Below are positions 25,246 to 37,007 of a stretch of 64,000 nt of DNA, in pieces. The stretch is taken from assembly GCF_001194135.2 (NCBI RefSeq), contig NC_069002.1:12814432-12878431 (forward strand), given 5' to 3'. Both the position numbers and the translations under genes were made by a program. The stretch is from Octopus bimaculoides. Its lineage: Eukaryota. The notes below the pieces were generated by a model. The model was given only the letters and a program-made list of their open reading frames with translations. It was not told where the DNA came from and did no database searches. Within the stretch, counting starts at the first letter, position 1, and each line of letters starts with the position of its first letter.

Positions 25246-25743
25246 TTCTGAGGAGAGTACTTGAGTTTAAAGTGAATGAACCGCGAAAGCGAGGTCAACC
25301 AAAGGAAACGTGGAAGGGGACAGGTGGAGGAGGAGATTGGGAGGGTTGGCTTGCAGAGGGAGGACACCCAAAACTGGGTGAGATGGTGAGATGGTGTGAG
25401 AGTGGTTGCTGTAAGAGTGAGGTAGATCTGGCCACTCCTGTTAACAAGGATAAAGCTGGATTTAAAATACTGGACATCAATCGACTATAGGCACAAAGCC
25501 TGAATTTGGTGGGAGGGTGAGATAGTCGATTACATCAGCCCCAGTGATAAACTGGTACTTATTTTATTAACCCCCAAAAGGCAAAGTTAAACCTCGGTGG
25601 ACTTAAATCAGAGCATAAAAATGGATGAAAAGTTGCTAAGCATTTTGCCTGACAGGTTAACGATTCTGCCAGATTACCACCTTTTGGTTGATCTACATAT
25701 TGTTTCCAATAACTTACTAACTAAAATATTCCCTATTTTTCAG

Positions 25744-25821
25744 ACCGTACAGAAGAGTTAAGTCATGGCTATAAATTGTTCCTGAGTGATTTATATGGAG
25801 AAAATATATTCGTTGCAAGTG
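25744..25821 (+). CDS. P450 coding exon 2
   Basis: tttcag|AC...G|gtaagt. DRTEELSHGYKLFLSDLYGENIFVAS. Phase 1-1. Confidence 0.88.
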
Positions 25822-25944
25822 GTAAGTATGATAATCGGATCTCGTTTAATCTAATAATTAGTCAGCATTACAGAATACTGACCATTGTAGGGAGCTCATT
25901 TCACTGTCTAGTTGCAGCCAGTTCATTTCAGTAGTATCCATGAT

Positions 25945-25986
<42 letters not shown>

Positions 25987-26149
25987 AATATGTATATTTA
26001 TATATATGTATATAGATATGTATGTATATATGTCCTGTTTTCCATTTTTTCTCTCGTTCTTTGCATATTTAACTCATTTGTTTTCGTATTTCATGTTGTT
26101 TGCTGTCGGTGATGTCCTGTACCCATATATACATACATATATATATACA

Positions 26150-26640
26150 TATATTACCTCGGTGAGGCCTAATGTTCAAAGGTCATGCTTCACCACCTCA
26201 TCTCATGTCTTCCTGGGTCTACCTCTTCCACAGGTTCCCTCAACTGATAGCGTGTGACACTTTTTCACACAGCTATCCTCATCCATTCTCACCACATGAC
26301 CATACCAGCGCAGTCGTCTCTCTTGCACACCACATCTGATGCTTCTTAGGTCCAAATTTTCTCTCAAGATACTTACACTCTGTCGTGTATGCACATTGAC
26401 ATTACACATCCAGCGGAGCATACTGGCTTCATTCCTTGCGAGCTTACGCATGTCCTCAGCAGTCATGGCCTATGTTTCACTGCCATGTAGCATGGCTGTT
26501 TGTACACATGCATCATAGAGTCTACCTTTTACTCAGAGCGAGAGGCCCTTTGTCACCAGCAGAGGTAGGAGCTCTCTGATCTTTGTCCAGGCTGTGGCCA
26601 GCAGAGCTGATTCAGCACCAGACATCCTGGCTAATCCAAG
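26150..26640 (-). mobile_element. RTE-clade LINE, ORF2 C-terminal fragment
   Basis: ...AWTKIRELLPLLVTKGLSL*VKGRLYDACV...RNEASMLRWMCNV...ERRLRWYGHVVRMD...GRGRPRKT, typical post-RT RTE motifs with stops. Confidence 0.85.
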
Positions 26641-26878
26641 TGATATATATAGACATGCATGCGCACACATGCACGCACGCACACATGCACGCACACACAC
26701 ACACACACACAAAGAGAGACCATGTGCATGTGTTTTGACACTGATTATGAATATCAACATTAAAGTTAAGGGAAAGGACCTCAGGGATGCCTTCTGCATG
26801 TTTAATGCACTTCAAGTACAATTTTGCATCTCTCATAGAGTGAGTTTACTGTTGTGTCTTCTTTCTGTCTTAATTTAG

Positions 26879-26963
26879 ATGACAAAGCTGAAGACATTCA
26901 CAAGTTCCTGGCTGACCAATTCTCCAAAGACAATCTTCATTCTTATGAGTTGATAATTGAAAG
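26879..26963 (+). CDS. P450 coding exon 3
   Basis: atttag|AT...AG|gtaaat. DDKAEDIHKFLADQFSKDNLHSYELIIE. Phase 1-2. Confidence 0.85.
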
Positions 26964-27189
26964 GTAAATCAGATAAACTTAGCTTATGGTTAATGATTAA
27001 CAGTTAATGATTGTAGTGCTGTAGTGTGCGTTTGGAGGTGTGAATGTATATGTGTGTATGACTGAGCGTATGGATGTGAGTGCATATATATGTATGTGTG
27101 TATGCATGTTTGTGTTTGCAAGAGTGTGTGGATGTGTATGTTCATGTTAGTGTGTTAGTGTGTGCATATATGATTGTGGCAGAGTGTAT

Positions 27190-27307
<118 letters not shown>

Positions 27308-27413
27308 TTGAGTGAGTGTGTGTATGCATGCCTAAATTTGAGTTTCTCTGTAACACATATTTCTGTATCTCTTTTTCTCAATATCCTCCCAACCATGTAT
27401 GTATGTATGTATG

Positions 27414-27872
27414 AGGAATCTTGAGTTGCGCATGAGAACATAAAGAGGGATGTCAGGAAGGGCATCGTTGTTGCACTTCAAGATGGTAAGGGTCTTCCTA
27501 TGACACTGACATGCAGTGTCTGTTCAAGACCCTGTCTCAGTAAAGCTGGACTCAAGAGTTGTCTTCGTAGTCATAAAGTGAGACAGATGATTGACAACCA
27601 GGCCGCTGGTGGTGGTGCTACACACCATACTAATCATATCTGTCAGGTATGTAGAAGGGAGTGTAATTCGGCGGGAGGACTTAAACGACACGCAAAGGTA
27701 CATGAAGCCCAGTTACAACTACAGCTGGCTGTTGCCGGTAAAGGTCTTAGCTGCCAATTCTGTACAAGACATTGTAGATCTTTAGCTGGGCTAAAAAGTC
27801 ACATTCGATCACAGCACTGTTAACAGTTAAGCCTCGTGCAATGGTCATACTGGATAACGAGGGGGAAGCCAT
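27414..27872 (+). mobile_element. 5'-truncated LINE end (RTE-like) carrying three C2H2-type zinc fingers
   Basis: ORF 27500-27823: CSVC..SCLRSH, CQVC..KRHAKVH, CQFC..KSHIRSQH. Preceded in frame by EES*VAHENIKRDVRKG. Flanked by CATGTATGTATGTATGTATG on both sides. Confidence 0.7.
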
Positions 27873-27997
27873 CATGTATGTATGTATGTATGTATGTATG
27901 TATGTATGTATGTGCACACACACACATATAATTATACATATATACCCTTTACATACATATTTATATATACATCTATTTTTTTCCATGTCACCAACAG

Positions 27998-28033
27998 AAT
28001 TATTAATGAGGAAATGAGAAGTCTTGACAAAAC
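27998..28033 (+). CDS. P450 coding exon 4 (36-nt microexon)
   Basis: ccaacag|A ATT ATT AAT GAG GAA ATG AGA AGT CTT GAC AAA AC|gtaagt = RIINEEMRSLDK(T). Phase 2-2, and it supplies the D-helix end otherwise missing. Confidence 0.75.
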
Positions 28034-28193
28034 GTAAGTTGACTAAATTTCTAATCAATCATTATCTTATTTAACATTTAACATCAAGTTATATTAATTA
28101 TTAATGCTTAAAATGTTTGATGGGAAACAGCAGGTGTGTTTTTTTTATTTGTCATTTCTCTATACATACATACATATATTCATAAATACACTC

Positions 28194-28224
<31 letters not shown>

Positions 28225-28847
28225 CACACACACATACATACATACATACATACATACATACACACACACATACATACATACATACATACATACATACATC
28301 ATCATCATCCTTATCATCGTTTAACGTCCACTTTCCATGCTGGCATGGGTTGGACGGTTTGACAGAGAACTGGACAGCAGGGAGGCTACACCAGGCTCCA
28401 ATCTGATTTGGCAAGGTTTCTACAGGCAACACCCTTCCTAACGCCAACCATTCCAAGAGTGTAGTGGGAGCTTTTTATGTGCCACCAGTATAGGAGCTAG
28501 ACAGGCGGCATTGGCATCGGCCATGCTTGAATGGTGCTTTTTATGTGCCGCCGACATGTGTGCAAGTGAGACGGCACTGGCGTTGGCCACACTTGAATGG
28601 TGCTTTTTATGTGGCACCAGCATGGGTGTCAATCAGGCAGCACTGGCATTGGTCACAACTATGATTTCACTCAGTTCAACAGATCTTCACAAGCACGGCA
28701 TATCGACCAACAACTGATGGGTGCTTTTAAACAGGCCAGTTATGCAACCCCAATGATGGAGCTTTGTGTCTTTGTTAGAAACCAGCTTCTTCCTCAAAAG
28801 AAGAATTTAAATGCCGTAAAAACAGAAGAGAACACACATACATGTAT

Positions 28848-28882
<35 letters not shown>

Positions 28883-29341
28883 GCCATCTAAGAATTCACA
28901 AGTTGGAAAAAATATGCTGTTTTATATTTGTCAATAGAGTGGTTGTATTGATTAAAATGTACAATATATATCTAACAATAAAGAGTGGTTGCCATATTTT
29001 CTTCCATAACTGCCATCTCTGAAGAGTGCAGAGTTGCACAATCAGGCTGTTATCTAACATCCTGTTGAATGCCTAGTATGAAATATATCAGCAGTAATGG
29101 ATATATAATACTGTACACTTTGATTAATATACATCTATGATGGTCTTCTGCTTAGTTTCTGTCCCCCAATTTCACTTACCAGGCATTGGTTGGCTTTGGT
29201 CTATTGAGAAGAGTTACCCAAGGCACTACACAGTAAAACTTAACCTGAAACCTTGTGGTTGCAAATTGTACACAACCATGTTTATGCCTCCAAATCTTAG
29301 TTCTTTTTTTTTTCCTTTATCATTCAGATTACTCTATCAAA

Positions 29342-29726
29342 TGTTGTTGGCACTCCGTCACTTACGACTTCGAGGGTTCCAGTTGATCCGATCAATGGAA
29401 CAGCCTGCTCGTGAAATTAACGTGCAAGTGGCTGAGCACTCCACAGATATGTGTACCCTTAACGTAGTTCTCGGGGAGATTCAGCGTGACACAGTGTGAC
29501 AAGGCTGACCCTTTGAATTACAGGTACAACAGAAGCAGGAAGTAAGAGTGAGAGAAAGTTGTGGTGAAAGAGTACAGCAGGGTTCGCCACCATCCCCTGC
29601 CGGAGCCTCGTGGAGCTTTAGGTGTTTTTGCTCAATAAACACTCACAACGCCCGGTCTGGGAATCGAAACCGTGATCCTATGACCGCGAGTCCGCTGCCC
29701 TAACCACTGGGCCATTGCACCTCCAC
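29342..29726 (-). mobile_element. SINE family A, full length
   Basis: Reverse complement of family A. TSD CTATCAAATG (29334 / 29728). Confidence 0.9.
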
Positions 29727-30010
29727 CCTATCAAATGTAATGCTTATTTATTCACATTGCTTTAAATTAATCATGGCTTATCTCACAACTTTGAGATTTC
29801 AATGATGTGATTGTTTATTTTCAGAATGAAATTGTAGAATTGATGAGAAACTACAACTAGTCAGTTTGAATGCAAAACTGGTAGAATATTTGGGTCAGAT
29901 ATGACTTAAAGATTAAATATAATTGTCACTTGGATTTCTTTTTCCCTTCTTTCTTTAAATTTCTTCCTCTTCCCTTTATCTTTTATTTTCTTTCTTTCAT
30001 TTCATTCCAG

Positions 30011-30147
30011 TTCTCCAGTTGACATCTACTCATTCTTTAAAGAACTCTCCTCACTGATTTGCTTCACTCTGTTCCTTGGCATCGATGCCTCCCAGTCAAA
30101 GGAACTCATTCAGGAACTGACGGATTTAACAACAATCCAATGGCATG
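30011..30147 (+). CDS. P450 coding exon 5
   Basis: ttccag|T...CAT G|gtaggt. SPVDIYSFFKELSSLICFTLFLGIDASQSKELIQELTDLTTIQWH. Phase 2-1. Confidence 0.88.
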
Positions 30148-30762
30148 GTAGGTGGAAAATTTAGATATTTCAGTTTTTTTGTTTGTTTTTTTTTTATAGA
30201 AGACCACAGCAATGAAAATAAAACATTAAATATCAATAATCTCTGATGATATTGAAATGTCATCTCAGAAACATATAATTAGTCCTGATATTTCAGGTAA
30301 AATATCTCCTTATGAAATAGTTCATTTCTATCTTTTTGCTTTGCAAGATTCTTGATGTGAACTCATGTATTGAAACACATTCTGTTGTCACTTGGGAAGG
30401 TCCATTATGCCAATGATAGACACATGCATGGCTCTATTTCACTTCTTTATTTTTTATTAGTCAAATGGTTAACCATTTAACCAATTAACTAATTGGTTGA
30501 TCTCATTAATGGCATGTCTTCTCTTCTCCAGAAGAGAACAAAAGAGATAAATTATATGTCCATTAAGATGTTGTGTGGATTCATTGTGATTGGTTAGTTA
30601 CAACTGGGAAATGTACTACCTTCCCATGATACCTATTTACAGGAATCATGAGAAGGTAACAGAAGGACTGGAATAATTGAGAGCTGACTGTGAAATTTCT
30701 GATGTTGGCAGTTGTAACATTTAAAGAATTATCAAGAAAATGTTCTGGATTTTTCTCAATAG

Positions 30763-30839
30763 GAATCACAACCTTTCCATTGAATGTCCATGTCAGAAGA
30801 CACAGTTCTCTAAAATTTCGAAGAGCATCAGATGCCAAG
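30763..30839 (+). CDS. P450 coding exon 6
   Basis: ctcaatag|GA...AAG|gtaaga. GITTFPLNVHVRRHSSLKFRRASDAK. Phase 1-0. Confidence 0.87.
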
Positions 30840-31310
30840 GTAAGAAATTTTATTTGTGTTTTCGTCATCAACTTTGTCTTTCATCATTTCAGGGATCGTT
30901 AAAATAAGTACTGGTCAAGTACTGTGGTCAATTTAATCGACCAGCACTCTCCTCTAAAATTTCACAACTATTATTATTGTTGTTGTTGTCATCATCATCA
31001 TCATCATCATCATCGTCATCGTCATCATCATCATCATCATCGTTATCATAAACGTATCATAATGACTAATATTTAGAACACTGTCACTGGGTCCTGCAAG
31101 ACAATCACTTGCTTTAGCAGGGAAAAGGGCCAAAGGAAACATTTGTTCTTGGATTTTAGTCAGGTGGTTGGTCCTGCCAGTAGTCATATTCTTGTCTCAA
31201 GGCTTAAGTGATGCCAGCTNNNNNNNNNNNNNNNNNNNNNNNNNNNNNNNNNNNNNNNNNNNNNNNNNNNNNNNNNNNNNNNNNNNNNNNNNNNNNNNNN
31301 NNNNNNNNNN

Positions 31311-31700
31311 GTCTGGCTGGCTAGCTGGCTGGCTAGCTGGCTGGCTAGCTGGCTGGCTGGCTGGCTGGCTAGCTAGCTGAATTGGTTGGCTGGTTTGTTG
31401 GTTGGCTGGCTGGTTGGTTAGTTGGTTAGTTGACTGTCTGGCTAGCTTGCCGGTTGTCTGGCTGGTTGGCTGGCTAGCTGGCTGGTTGGCTGGTTGGTTG
31501 GCTGGTTGGTTGGGTGGCTAGTTGGTTGGTTGGTTGGCTAGCTGGCTGGCTCGTTGGTTGCTTCACAGTTAGTTGCTTGGTTTCTTAGTTGGTGGCTGGT
31601 TAATTGTTTGATTGGTTAGTTGGATGATAGACTGACTGGTCAATTAGATAACTGGTTGGTTGAGTGGCTAGCTGGTTGTTTGGTTGGTTGGCTGGCTAAT
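31311..31700 (+). repeat. Degenerate (TGGC/TGGT/TAGC)n tetranucleotide satellite
   Basis: Read directly. Ends about 45 nt before the P450 exon 7 acceptor. Confidence 0.9.
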
Positions 31701-31745
31701 TAGTCGGATAATGTCCTTAATTGACTGATTCTGTTCCTTTCTCAG

Positions 31746-31943
31746 ACAGATTTATTGGGCATCATTAAAAAGCAAAGACCTGTCGCTCAATGTGGCTTTG
31801 TAAAACAAGTGAATAATGTACCAGAGACAAATGATGACTCCTACATCAACAGCAACATCCTTGTCTTTATTTCTTCGCTGGTGTCAAAAGCAATTGCATC
31901 ATACCTGACATCATTCTTCATCACAACAGGACAAAATAATCAT
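31746..31943 (+). CDS. P450 coding exon 7 (G-H-I helices)
   Basis: ttctcag|ACA...CAT|gtaagt. TDLLGIIKKQRPVAQCGFVKQVNNVPETNDDSYINSNILVFISSLVSKAIASYLTSFFITTGQNNH. Phase 0-0. Confidence 0.88.
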
Positions 31944-32072
31944 GTAAGTCATTGAACCTTTCTTAATTTCAAACAAGCATTCATTTCCAAATACCACCAG
32001 TTTCCTTCAAACAATGGCACACACATGCACACAGACACACATACATATACATATACATATATATATACATAT

Positions 32073-32110
<38 letters not shown>

Positions 32111-32561
32111 CATCATCATCATCATCATCATCATCGTTTAACGTCCACTTTCCATGCTAGCATGGGTTGGACGATTTGACTGAGGACTGGTGAAACCGGA
32201 TGGCAACACCAGGCTCCAATNNNNNNNNNNNNNNNNNNNNNNNNNNNNNNNNNNNNNNNNNNNNNNNNNNNNNNNNNNNNNNNNNNNNNNNNNATATATA
32301 TATATATATATATATAAGAATATAAGGGGTGTAGTTCAATGATGATCTAAACCAATAGGTATGCTGCATAAATGCAGACATATCCAAGGTGCCATGCAGA
32401 GGGACCAAACCCAAATGCATTACATAATGAGTAATTTTCCAATTAAATAAGGAAGAAATTAAGTTAGATGAGATGCGGTTTCATTTTTGTACACAAAAAA
32501 TTTTAATTTTCATTATTGCACTTATTTGTGAAAAATAAAGATGTTGAGATTATTTTTGCAG

Positions 32562-32672
32562 GTTGAACTTCAAGAGAAAATGTATTTTGATAAAAACTTG
32601 GAAGATCAAGTTTTATTAGAAACCCAGCGACTTTTTCCACCTTTTGTATGTGGAAGAAAGTTAGCCAAAACT
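32562..32672 (+). CDS. P450 coding exon 8 (K-helix ExxR)
   Basis: tttgcag|GTT...ACT|gtaagt. VELQEKMYFDKNLEDQVLLETQRLFPPFVCGRKLAKT. ExxR = ETQR. Confidence 0.92.
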
Positions 32673-33903
32673 GTAAGTCATCTCTAAAATTGTTTTGTAT
32701 TTCTAAGAAATGAAAGAATGATTGAAGAGAAGGAATAAACAGAGTAACAATATCATCATCATTTTTTTATCTGTTTTCCATGCTGGCATGAGTTGGACAG
32801 CTTCACAGGAGCTGGCAAGGCCAGGGACCACACCAGATTCCATAGTCTGTTTTGGTTTGGTTTCTATGTCTGGATGCCCTTCCTAATGCCAACCATTTTA
32901 CTGAGTGTCCTGGGTGCTTTTATGTGGCACCAGCACTAACACCAATGCTAATAGAAGATTGTAAAATCTTGCTTTGTTATATTTGAAAGCTATTATTTTA
33001 TTTCAAGAGAAATATTTTGAAATAAACCATCCAATATTTCATTTTTGTATTTGGTTTGTGAGACAACTCTAGCTGTCTCGACACAAAGTATTGTTTATTA
33101 AGTGTCATTCAAACAGTGGACACGATTCTATCATTTGATGTTTTTCATTCCCGCATCATTTACTATTTAAAATTATATCAATTCATCTGAGAGGACACTT
33201 TATGGACTCTACCAGGTGACGTTAGATACACATCAACTCAGTGTTGTGGATTTACTCTTTTCGCCTTAGCGCACTTACTGTGGTACAGACTGTTCATTTT
33301 GCATCATGGACAATTAAAGTTGCAATTCACCATTTTGCACCTGGGTTTGGAATTGTTGCAATATTTTCTTTGTTTATAAAGTTATTATCTGAGCACAATA
33401 TTATTATTCATCTTACATTATAACAGTTTGCAAGATTCTTGATGTGAACTCATGTGTTGAAATGTAATTTATTGCATCTCAGGAGATTCATTACACCAAT
33501 AATAAACCACGTGTAATGGTTTTATTTCATGTCTTTGTTATATATATATGAATGAATGACAGGCTTCTGTCAACCAAATTCACTCACAAGGCACTGGGTA
33601 GAACAGGACACTAGTAGAAGACACTTGCTGAAGATATCACACAGTGGGACTGAACCTGAAATCACATAGTTTCTAAGTGAGCTTCGTAACCAGACAGCCC
33701 TCCCTATGCTTATGTACAGCCATATCCTGCATGTATAAAATAAGGAATTGGATCAAAATTGTTTTCCTTGAACAAAACATTTTAAAATACAATAAAAAGC
33801 ATAGACAATAAATTTAAAAAATTCTGATATTTAGTTTTTGTCATTTGATTCTTAATTTCTTTTGTTTCTTCGAATATGTAAATTTTAATTTCTTCATTAT
33901 TAG

Positions 33904-34022
33904 GAATGTACTATTGATGGCCACAAAGTCCCAGAAGGTTATTCCATCATCTATCTGACGTATGCTGCTCACAGGGATGAAAACATCTTTGAAAATCCAA
34001 ATGATTTCAATGCTGATCGTTG
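33904..34022 (+). CDS. P450 coding exon 9 (meander)
   Basis: attag|GAA...TG|gtaagt. ECTIDGHKVPEGYSIIYLTYAAHRDENIFENPNDFNADR(W). Phase 0-2. Confidence 0.93.
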
Positions 34023-34061
34023 GTAAGTTTATCAATGCAACAATTAATATACTATTGTAAC

Positions 34062-34290
34062 TTAATCCTTTAGCATTTAAACTGGCTATATCCGGCCCAA
34101 ATATTCTACCTGTTTTATGTTCAAACTGGCCATGTCCAGCCTCTCACACTTATACTACAATGTCATTCTTAAAATAAACAATCACATCATTAAAATACCA
34201 AAGCTACAAGATAATGCATGATTGATTCAAAATGATACGAACAGATAAGCATTACATTTGACAGAGTTAATCTGAATGTTAAAGGGTTAA
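34062..34290. mobile_element. piggyBac-type MITE, same family
   Basis: ttaa-tcctttagcatt...aatgttaaaggg-ttaa. Degraded copies near 4700-4875 and 38820-39050. Confidence 0.72.
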
Positions 34291-34299
34291 TTACCAATA

Positions 34300-35075
34300 G
34301 CAGAGGATGTTCTAAATTTATAGTTGATAGAATAAGAACCTATTGGAAAAAGTTCAAAGATCTGTTCCCTCAATTGATAACAAAAAGCCGCTATCTCAGA
34401 GTGAAAGGCAGACAATGATGTTTATGCATAAACAGCAATGCTACATGGTAGTGAAATGTGGGCAGTGAATGCAGAAGACACACAAAGAGCACATAGGGAA
34501 TAGATTTTTGTGAGTGTCCTGGAGGATACTTAGAGGCAGTAGATAGTTTCTGTCACACAGGCGACCTAATCAGCAGTGGAGGAGGATGTTCTGAAAGTAT
34601 AGTTGCTAGAATAAGAATAGGATGGAGGAAGTTCGGTGAGTTAATACCTCTAATGATAATAAAAGCCTCTCTCTCATAGTGAAAGGCAGATTGTACGATA
34701 TTTGTATACAAAAAGCAATGTTATATGGCGGTAAAATGCAGGCTGTGAATGCAGAAGAAATAAAGCTAGCATGCTCTGCTGGATATGCACTGTCAATGCA
34801 CATGTACAACAAAGTGCAAATCTGTTAAGAGAAAAAAATGAGCATAAGAGGCATCAGATGTGGTATACAAGGGAGAAAAGTGTGTTGGTAGGGTCATGTG
34901 ATGCATATGGATGAAGATAGATGTATAAAGAAATTCTGATTGTTAAATGTCGAAGGAACTTGTAGAAGTAGGAGTCCAGAAGACATGGGACAAAATAATG
35001 AAGATTGACCACAGGTTGTTGAGCTTCGTGCAATTGATGACAAAGGATCAAGATGATTAGTGATTTGCACCTGTC
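34300..35075 (+). mobile_element. Degraded RTE LINE fragments (two partial tandem copies)
   Basis: Homologous to 26150-26640 in the opposite orientation, with many stops and frameshifts. Confidence 0.7.
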
Positions 35076-35265
35076 TGTTTCAGCAAAAAATAAGGTTCTA
35101 ACGACATAGTTAATGTTTATACACCGCCACTTTGGCCACCACTCAATCTGTAGCCATGAAGCCTTCTCACCACCACCACCACCACCACCACCACCATCGT
35201 CCTCGTCATCATCCTCCTCCTCATCATCATCATTATATGGCTGTCATTCTCTATTTGTCCTTCAG

Positions 35266-35353
35266 GAATGAATTCTCTAAAAAGAAACTGTTTACATTTG
35301 GTGATGGACCAAGAAGCTGTATTGGATTTGATATAGTAATGAGTATTGTTAAG
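35266..35353 (+). CDS. P450 coding exon 10 (heme-binding motif)
   Basis: cttcag|G...AAG|gtaaac. NEFSKKKLFTFGDGPRSCIGFDIVMSIVK. FxxGxRxCxG heme-thiolate signature is intact. Confidence 0.95.
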
Positions 35354-35689
35354 GTAAACCAGGAATTTGTATTTAATTCATTGTAATTAATTAATTAAAA
35401 TTAGTGACCTGTGTACATACTTAAAACATTTATGCAGTAGAAAGAACTGCAGTATTCATCTTGAGCAAGTATCTCTTACAGATGCATAGTGTTGAAAACA
35501 CAGAAAAATATCAGTAGCAGGTGATGGTTGCCTAGCAGTGGTGGTGGACTTGTAGATCTAGATTTCTGCTTATTAGCTTTCATCAGCACATACCAAGGTG
35601 CAAGGACTAGTGATCCGGGTGTTGCACTCATGACTGTAAAAGAAAAAGGGGGCAAGTTACTTCTTGAGTCATACTGACACATAAGAGCT

Positions 35690-35855
35690 GGTTTCATGGC
35701 GTATATATTCCCCACCTGGATGGGACGCCGATCCATTGCTATGAAATGAAGTGTTTTACTCAAGAATACAACAAATTGCTCGGTCCAGGAATCAAAATCA
35801 CAATTTTACAATCATGAGTCTAACACCCTAACCACTAAGCCACATGCCTCCACTG
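35690..35855 (-). mobile_element. SINE family B (representative copy)
   Basis: tRNA-like head gtggcttagtggttagggtgt...gattcctggacc followed by ttgtgttcttgagcaaaac. Other copies near 9800, 18790, 24505, 42845 and 60330. Confidence 0.72.
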
Positions 35856-35904
35856 CACTCATGACTGCCAGGTTATGGTTTCAATTTCTGTACCAGGAGG
35901 TGTG

Positions 35905-36289
35905 GTGGAGGCGCAATGGCCCAGTGGTTAGGGCAGCGAACTCGCGGTCATAGGATCACGGTTTTGATTCCCAGACCGGGTGTTGTGAGTGTTTATTGAG
36001 CGAAAACACCTAAAGCTCCACGAGGCTCTGGCAGGGGATGGTGGAAAACCCTGCTGTACTCTTTCACCACAACTTTCTCTCACTCTTACTTCCTGTTTCT
36101 GTTGAGCCTGTAATTCAAAGGGTCAGACTTGTCACACTGTGTCACGCTGAATATCCCCGAGAACTACGTTAAGGGTACACGTGTCTGTGGAGTGCTCAGC
36201 CACTTGCACGTTAATTTCACGAGCAGGCTGTTCTGTTGATCGGATCAACTGGAACCCTTGATGTCGTAAGCGACGGAGTGCCAACAACA
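35905..36289 (+). mobile_element. SINE family A, full length, nested in an older SINE
   Basis: 13-bp TSD ACCAGGAGGTGTG (35892 / 36290). Confidence 0.9.
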
Positions 36290-36839
36290 ACCAGGAGGTG
36301 TGTTGTGTTCTTGAGTAAAATACTTTATTTCATGTTGTTCAAGTGCTGTATGGCGACCAGTATGTCAAAGAATGGACCCAACATTTCCTCCGCATGGTGT
36401 AAAAGGTGGCTAAAAGAATCTGAGGTAGGATTTGGACCTCACCAGTAACAACTAGCCAAACAGACCCATGGGTTGGAGGGTTGTCACCAGAGTGGTGCAA
36501 AGGTATCATCTGCCATGAGTAGTCAGGAATCACCAACAAATGGTGGATGCAGTGATACACTGTTACAGCACATGCCCCAATACTGCTACTACTACTACTA
36601 CTACTACTACTACAACATCCCAAGCAAACCTTGGCTGTCAGCAGATATAGTGAAGCAGTGGTTAAAAGGTCGCTGATGTCACATCATATTTCTGTGTTTT
36701 TAATGTTATACATCAAGATAGGGCAGCTAGCTGGCAAAATCGTTAGCTCACCAGAGCTTCCATTCCCCATTGCAATTATTTCACTTCACTTATGATACCT
36801 TGCACCTAGTCAAAATTTTCTTGTACTTTGTATTTCCAG

Positions 36840-37007
36840 AGCATTGTACAAAGAATTATTGCCCAATACGAATGGAAATTGCAGACAACTGATGTGATCC
36901 AATATAAATGGTTTCCAGTCATCCGGCCCAACACTCCAGTCTGTGTGGAATTCAGCTCCAAAGTAGAAATACGACATCTTGGAGACCAACATTTCACAAG
37001 ATTTTGA
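36840..37007 (+). CDS. P450 coding exon 11 (last)
   Basis: tttccag|AGC. SIVQRIIAQYEWKLQTTDVIQYKWFPVIRPNTPVCVEFSSKVEIRHLGDQHFTRF*. Joined CDS is 1296 nt, 431 aa, with no internal stop. Confidence 0.9.
   Translation, partial: SIVQRIIAQYEWKLQTTDVIQYKWFPVIRPNTPVCVEFSSKVEIRHLGDQHFTRF

Noticed and set aside
30200-30296. AG...GT-bounded segment in P450 intron 5
   Set aside because: In-frame TGA, and exons 5 and 6 join cleanly without it.
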